From positions 10,478,001 to 10,542,000 of the forward strand of contig OZ024752.1 of the NCBI GenBank assembly GCA_964016885.1: 64,000 nt of DNA. The letters are read 5' to 3'. Shown here piece by piece: positions 60,758 through 64,000 of the stretch; positions within the stretch are counted from its first letter, which is position 1; the number at the start of each line of letters is the position of its first letter. The notes beneath the pieces were generated by a model that did no database searches, was not told the DNA's origin, and was given only the letters and a program-made list of their open reading frames with translations. The position numbers and the translations under genes are program-made. The DNA is from Eledone cirrhosa (Eukaryota).

Positions 60758-62009
60758 TTGTACACACAAACGCACAGATACTCACACAGACACAGAAACA
60801 CACAGAAACACACACATACACACATACACACATACACACACACACGCACACACACACATATATATATATGTGTTTGTGTGTGTATGTGTGTGTATAGATA
60901 GAGGGAGAGAAAGTGGGAGACAGGTACAGACGAGTGTGTGTGTCCGTAGTATAGCTTCTATATTTCAACTCATTTATTCCGTTCGACGGAGCTAGAAATT
61001 GATTAGAAGCCATCTTTAACCAGATTTCTCCAGTTATGCGGCAAGTTAAAGATATAAGAGCTGTACATTTCACTGCCTTTCTGGTCAACGTCTGTAATTG
61101 ATAAGTAAATCTCAGATAAATATCAGTAAAAGTAGATATTGCATAACTTTCCTTCTCACGACAATTATAGACTTGAAACTAAACAACAGGCATCGATTCT
61201 ACTTTAATGAGACGCTGTAGTAAATGATCAATTGTTGGGGCAGATCAAATATTAACGAGACATCTAAATAGTGATTGTTAATAAAATATATAATATGTTC
61301 CAAGCTCAAAAATACTTTCTAAATACTTGCATCAGCTCTACATTATTGGCAATAATTGAAAACATACAATTTATTTAGAAAGATGCGATTAGCTATGCTT
61401 GACCTCGTTTGTATGTAGTAGTAAATGCAAATGAATATTTAGAAATAGAATAGACCCCAGTGTAAAATTGGAATCTATAATCAGAAAGAAGTGTGAAGTT
61501 CAAATGGAAACTTTCTCTAAATATAATTGTGTTATCTCATTTAATTTCTACCCACAATTAATGGACTCAACATGTCACATTATATGGACTAGGATATTTT
61601 TCATCACGTTGACGCGTATTTCTATATGTGTGTGTGCATGTGTTTATGTTCATATGCATACATTTATATATATGGGTATATAAATATAAACGCGCATACA
61701 CAGATTTACAAAAATACACACGCAGACATACATTCATACAAATAAACATATGCATTCATACAAGCACACACATACTTTCCGCTAAACACATACACATATA
61801 CTCACACGCCTCTTAGCAAATGTTACGCCAGCCGCTATTTTGGTAGAGTTTTTACACCATTACCTTCCTTTTACACAGACATACGTGTTCACACAATGAC
61901 ACACATACATTTTGAGCCGGATATATATAGATTTGCATGAAAACATTTTTAAGAAATCACAGTTATAATTACCTACATCGTTCTTCCTGCAAGTAATTTC
62001 ACACTCATA

Positions 62010-62088
<79 letters not shown>

Positions 62089-62090
62089 TA

Positions 62091-62124
<34 letters not shown>

Positions 62125-62556
62125 TAAATTTAGTCCTTCATCAGTGATCTTCCAGCCTTCATTGGTATTTCATCGCTTTAAAGACCATAAACCCCAAGTT
62201 GGTGCGAGCAACGTCTAAAGAAAGTCGTTGGGACACGTAAATAGGGGGAACGAGCGAGACAGTAAACAATCAAAGATGTTAATGCAACGAAAAGTGAGGA
62301 TGAAGGAGTCAAGTCCCTGAAATCGATGAATATAAGTTCTGTGAAATCGTAGACGAGAGAGAAACAAAGACCATTAGACCTGGTCGAAATGTGAGTAAGG
62401 AAAGAATTTCGCACAGGTCAAACGGGAGGAAGTACGAGAGGGAGTAGCAGAGAGTCAGTGAGTGAAAGTGTGAGGAAGAGGCTAACAGAGAGAGTGACTG
62501 GCAGAGGGGGTAAAAGGAAGTGAGAGATACGGAGAAAGGGGAAGCAGTAAGAAAGA

Positions 62557-62592
<36 letters not shown>

Positions 62593-62680
62593 GAGGTTAT
62601 ATTTAATTTGTTGGTATTCAACAAGCTTCAAAATGTTATAACTGATACAAAGCACTCAACAATTTAGTGGAGTAAATATT

Positions 62681-62900
62681 CAATATATTAATAAATGGAA
62701 ACTATATTTATAAAACCATAATTACTTTATTATATATATTTCAAGGGCAACCAAGGCAAATTATGGTGCGCTTTCATCAGATAAAATAGAGATTTGTTTT
62801 ATCTGATGAATGCGCACCATAATTTGCCTTGGTTGCCCTTGAAATATATATAATAAAATAATTATGGTTTTATAAATATAGTTTCCATTTATTAATATCT

Positions 62901-62902
<2 letters not shown>
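62681..62902. mobile_element. Foldback (~105-bp arms) with outward-pointing hammerheads
   Basis: Cores at 62726-62785 (-) and 62797-62858 (+): ttttat-CTGATGA...ctt-GAAA-tatata-TA/ataaaa. Confidence 0.86.
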
Positions 62903-62949
<47 letters not shown>

Positions 62950-62953
<4 letters not shown>

Positions 62954-63144
62954 AACGTAAAATGAGAAAATTATAGTGATTAGCTTACTTAAATTTCACT
63001 CAAACTATAATTTTCTTATTTTACGTTTTTCATATAATTGTTCTGCATCCCCTTGCATTGAACCACAAAGTTACTAAGACAAAACCTATATATTTGCTTG
63101 CATAGGTATACATCTGTATATATATGTTGGTAGATATGCTAATT

Positions 63145-63148
<4 letters not shown>
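62950..63148. mobile_element. Foldback fragment of the 38413/44653 family
   Basis: gaaaaacgtaaaatgagaaaatt ... aattttcttattttacgtttttcatataattgttctgcatccccttgcattgaaccac. Confidence 0.7.
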
Positions 63149-63199
<51 letters not shown>

Positions 63200-63278
63200 T
63201 ACATATATATATATTAATATATATATTAATATGATTCAAAAAATAAATAAATGAAGGCGTTCACATAATGGAAATATG

Positions 63279-63340
63279 TTTTATTATATATATTTCGGAG
63301 GTACGTTGCTGTTTTTTCAGTACGTCCTCATCAGATAAAA
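63279..63340 (-). ncRNA. Type I hammerhead ribozyme, AUAUAUAU-stem-III family
   Basis: ttttat-CTGATGA-ggacgtac...gtacctcc-GAAA-tatata-TA/ataaaa. Lies inside an inverted repeat at about 63225-63433. Confidence 0.82.
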
Positions 63341-63567
63341 TACATAATAAAACATATATTTAAAAATACAAATAAAACATATATTTATATAATGTGAACG
63401 TCTTCATTTATTAATATTTTGAATAATATTAATAACTACAGAAAATGTTCTTGTTGAGTGCTTTTAATCTATTGTAAAACTATATTCATTGAGTAATCAA
63501 TGTAACTTATTAACATTTGGTTATATATTAATAAATGTATATATATATTAATATATATATATATGTA

Positions 63568-63653
<86 letters not shown>

Positions 63654-63805
63654 AAAGTAAGTCCATAGTATCATTAGATGAAATATATACAGTATTTCCT
63701 CTCCCAATCAGCATAATGAACCACACAAAAAATCAATTAAACGATCCACAGCCACAGAAGTTTTACTCAGTATTTCTAATATTTCTTATGTAAACCTCTA
63801 TATTG

Positions 63806-63872
<67 letters not shown>

Positions 63873-63934
63873 TATACATATATATATATGTAAATATATA
63901 TATATAATTTCACACTCATAACATATACTTCACA

Positions 63935-64000
<66 letters not shown>

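Overview
This is AT-rich eukaryotic repeat-dominated DNA, probably from an octopus or related cephalopod, inferred from the SINE families. I found no supportable host protein-coding gene. The many long Tyr/Ile ORFs are artefacts of very large (TA)n/(TATG)n microsatellites. Recognisable coding remnants all belong to transposons: a decayed Penelope-like (PLE) reverse transcriptase with an 11x50-bp internal tandem array, a 5'-truncated CR1/L2-group LINE with an uninterrupted 566-aa RT frame, three stacked R4/Dong-type RLE LINEs in (TAA)n tracts, two RTE-type LINE tails, a mariner relic with an in-frame 6x54-bp expansion, a Helitron Rep fragment and about 20 tRNA-derived SINEs. The main observation is a dense population of short non-coding elements carrying type I hammerhead ribozyme (HHR) motifs: more than 20 cores from roughly 8 sequence families, read by eye. 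Several show compensatory stem changes between copies. They occur as tandem or circularly permuted ~430-560-nt units (retrozyme-like) and as foldbacks that are always joined 5'-to-5', and they usually sit in (TA)n arrays. One family builds HHR stem III from AUAUAUAU itself and another has a CCGACGA core variant. All ribozyme calls are manual motif and pairing reads; activity is untested.
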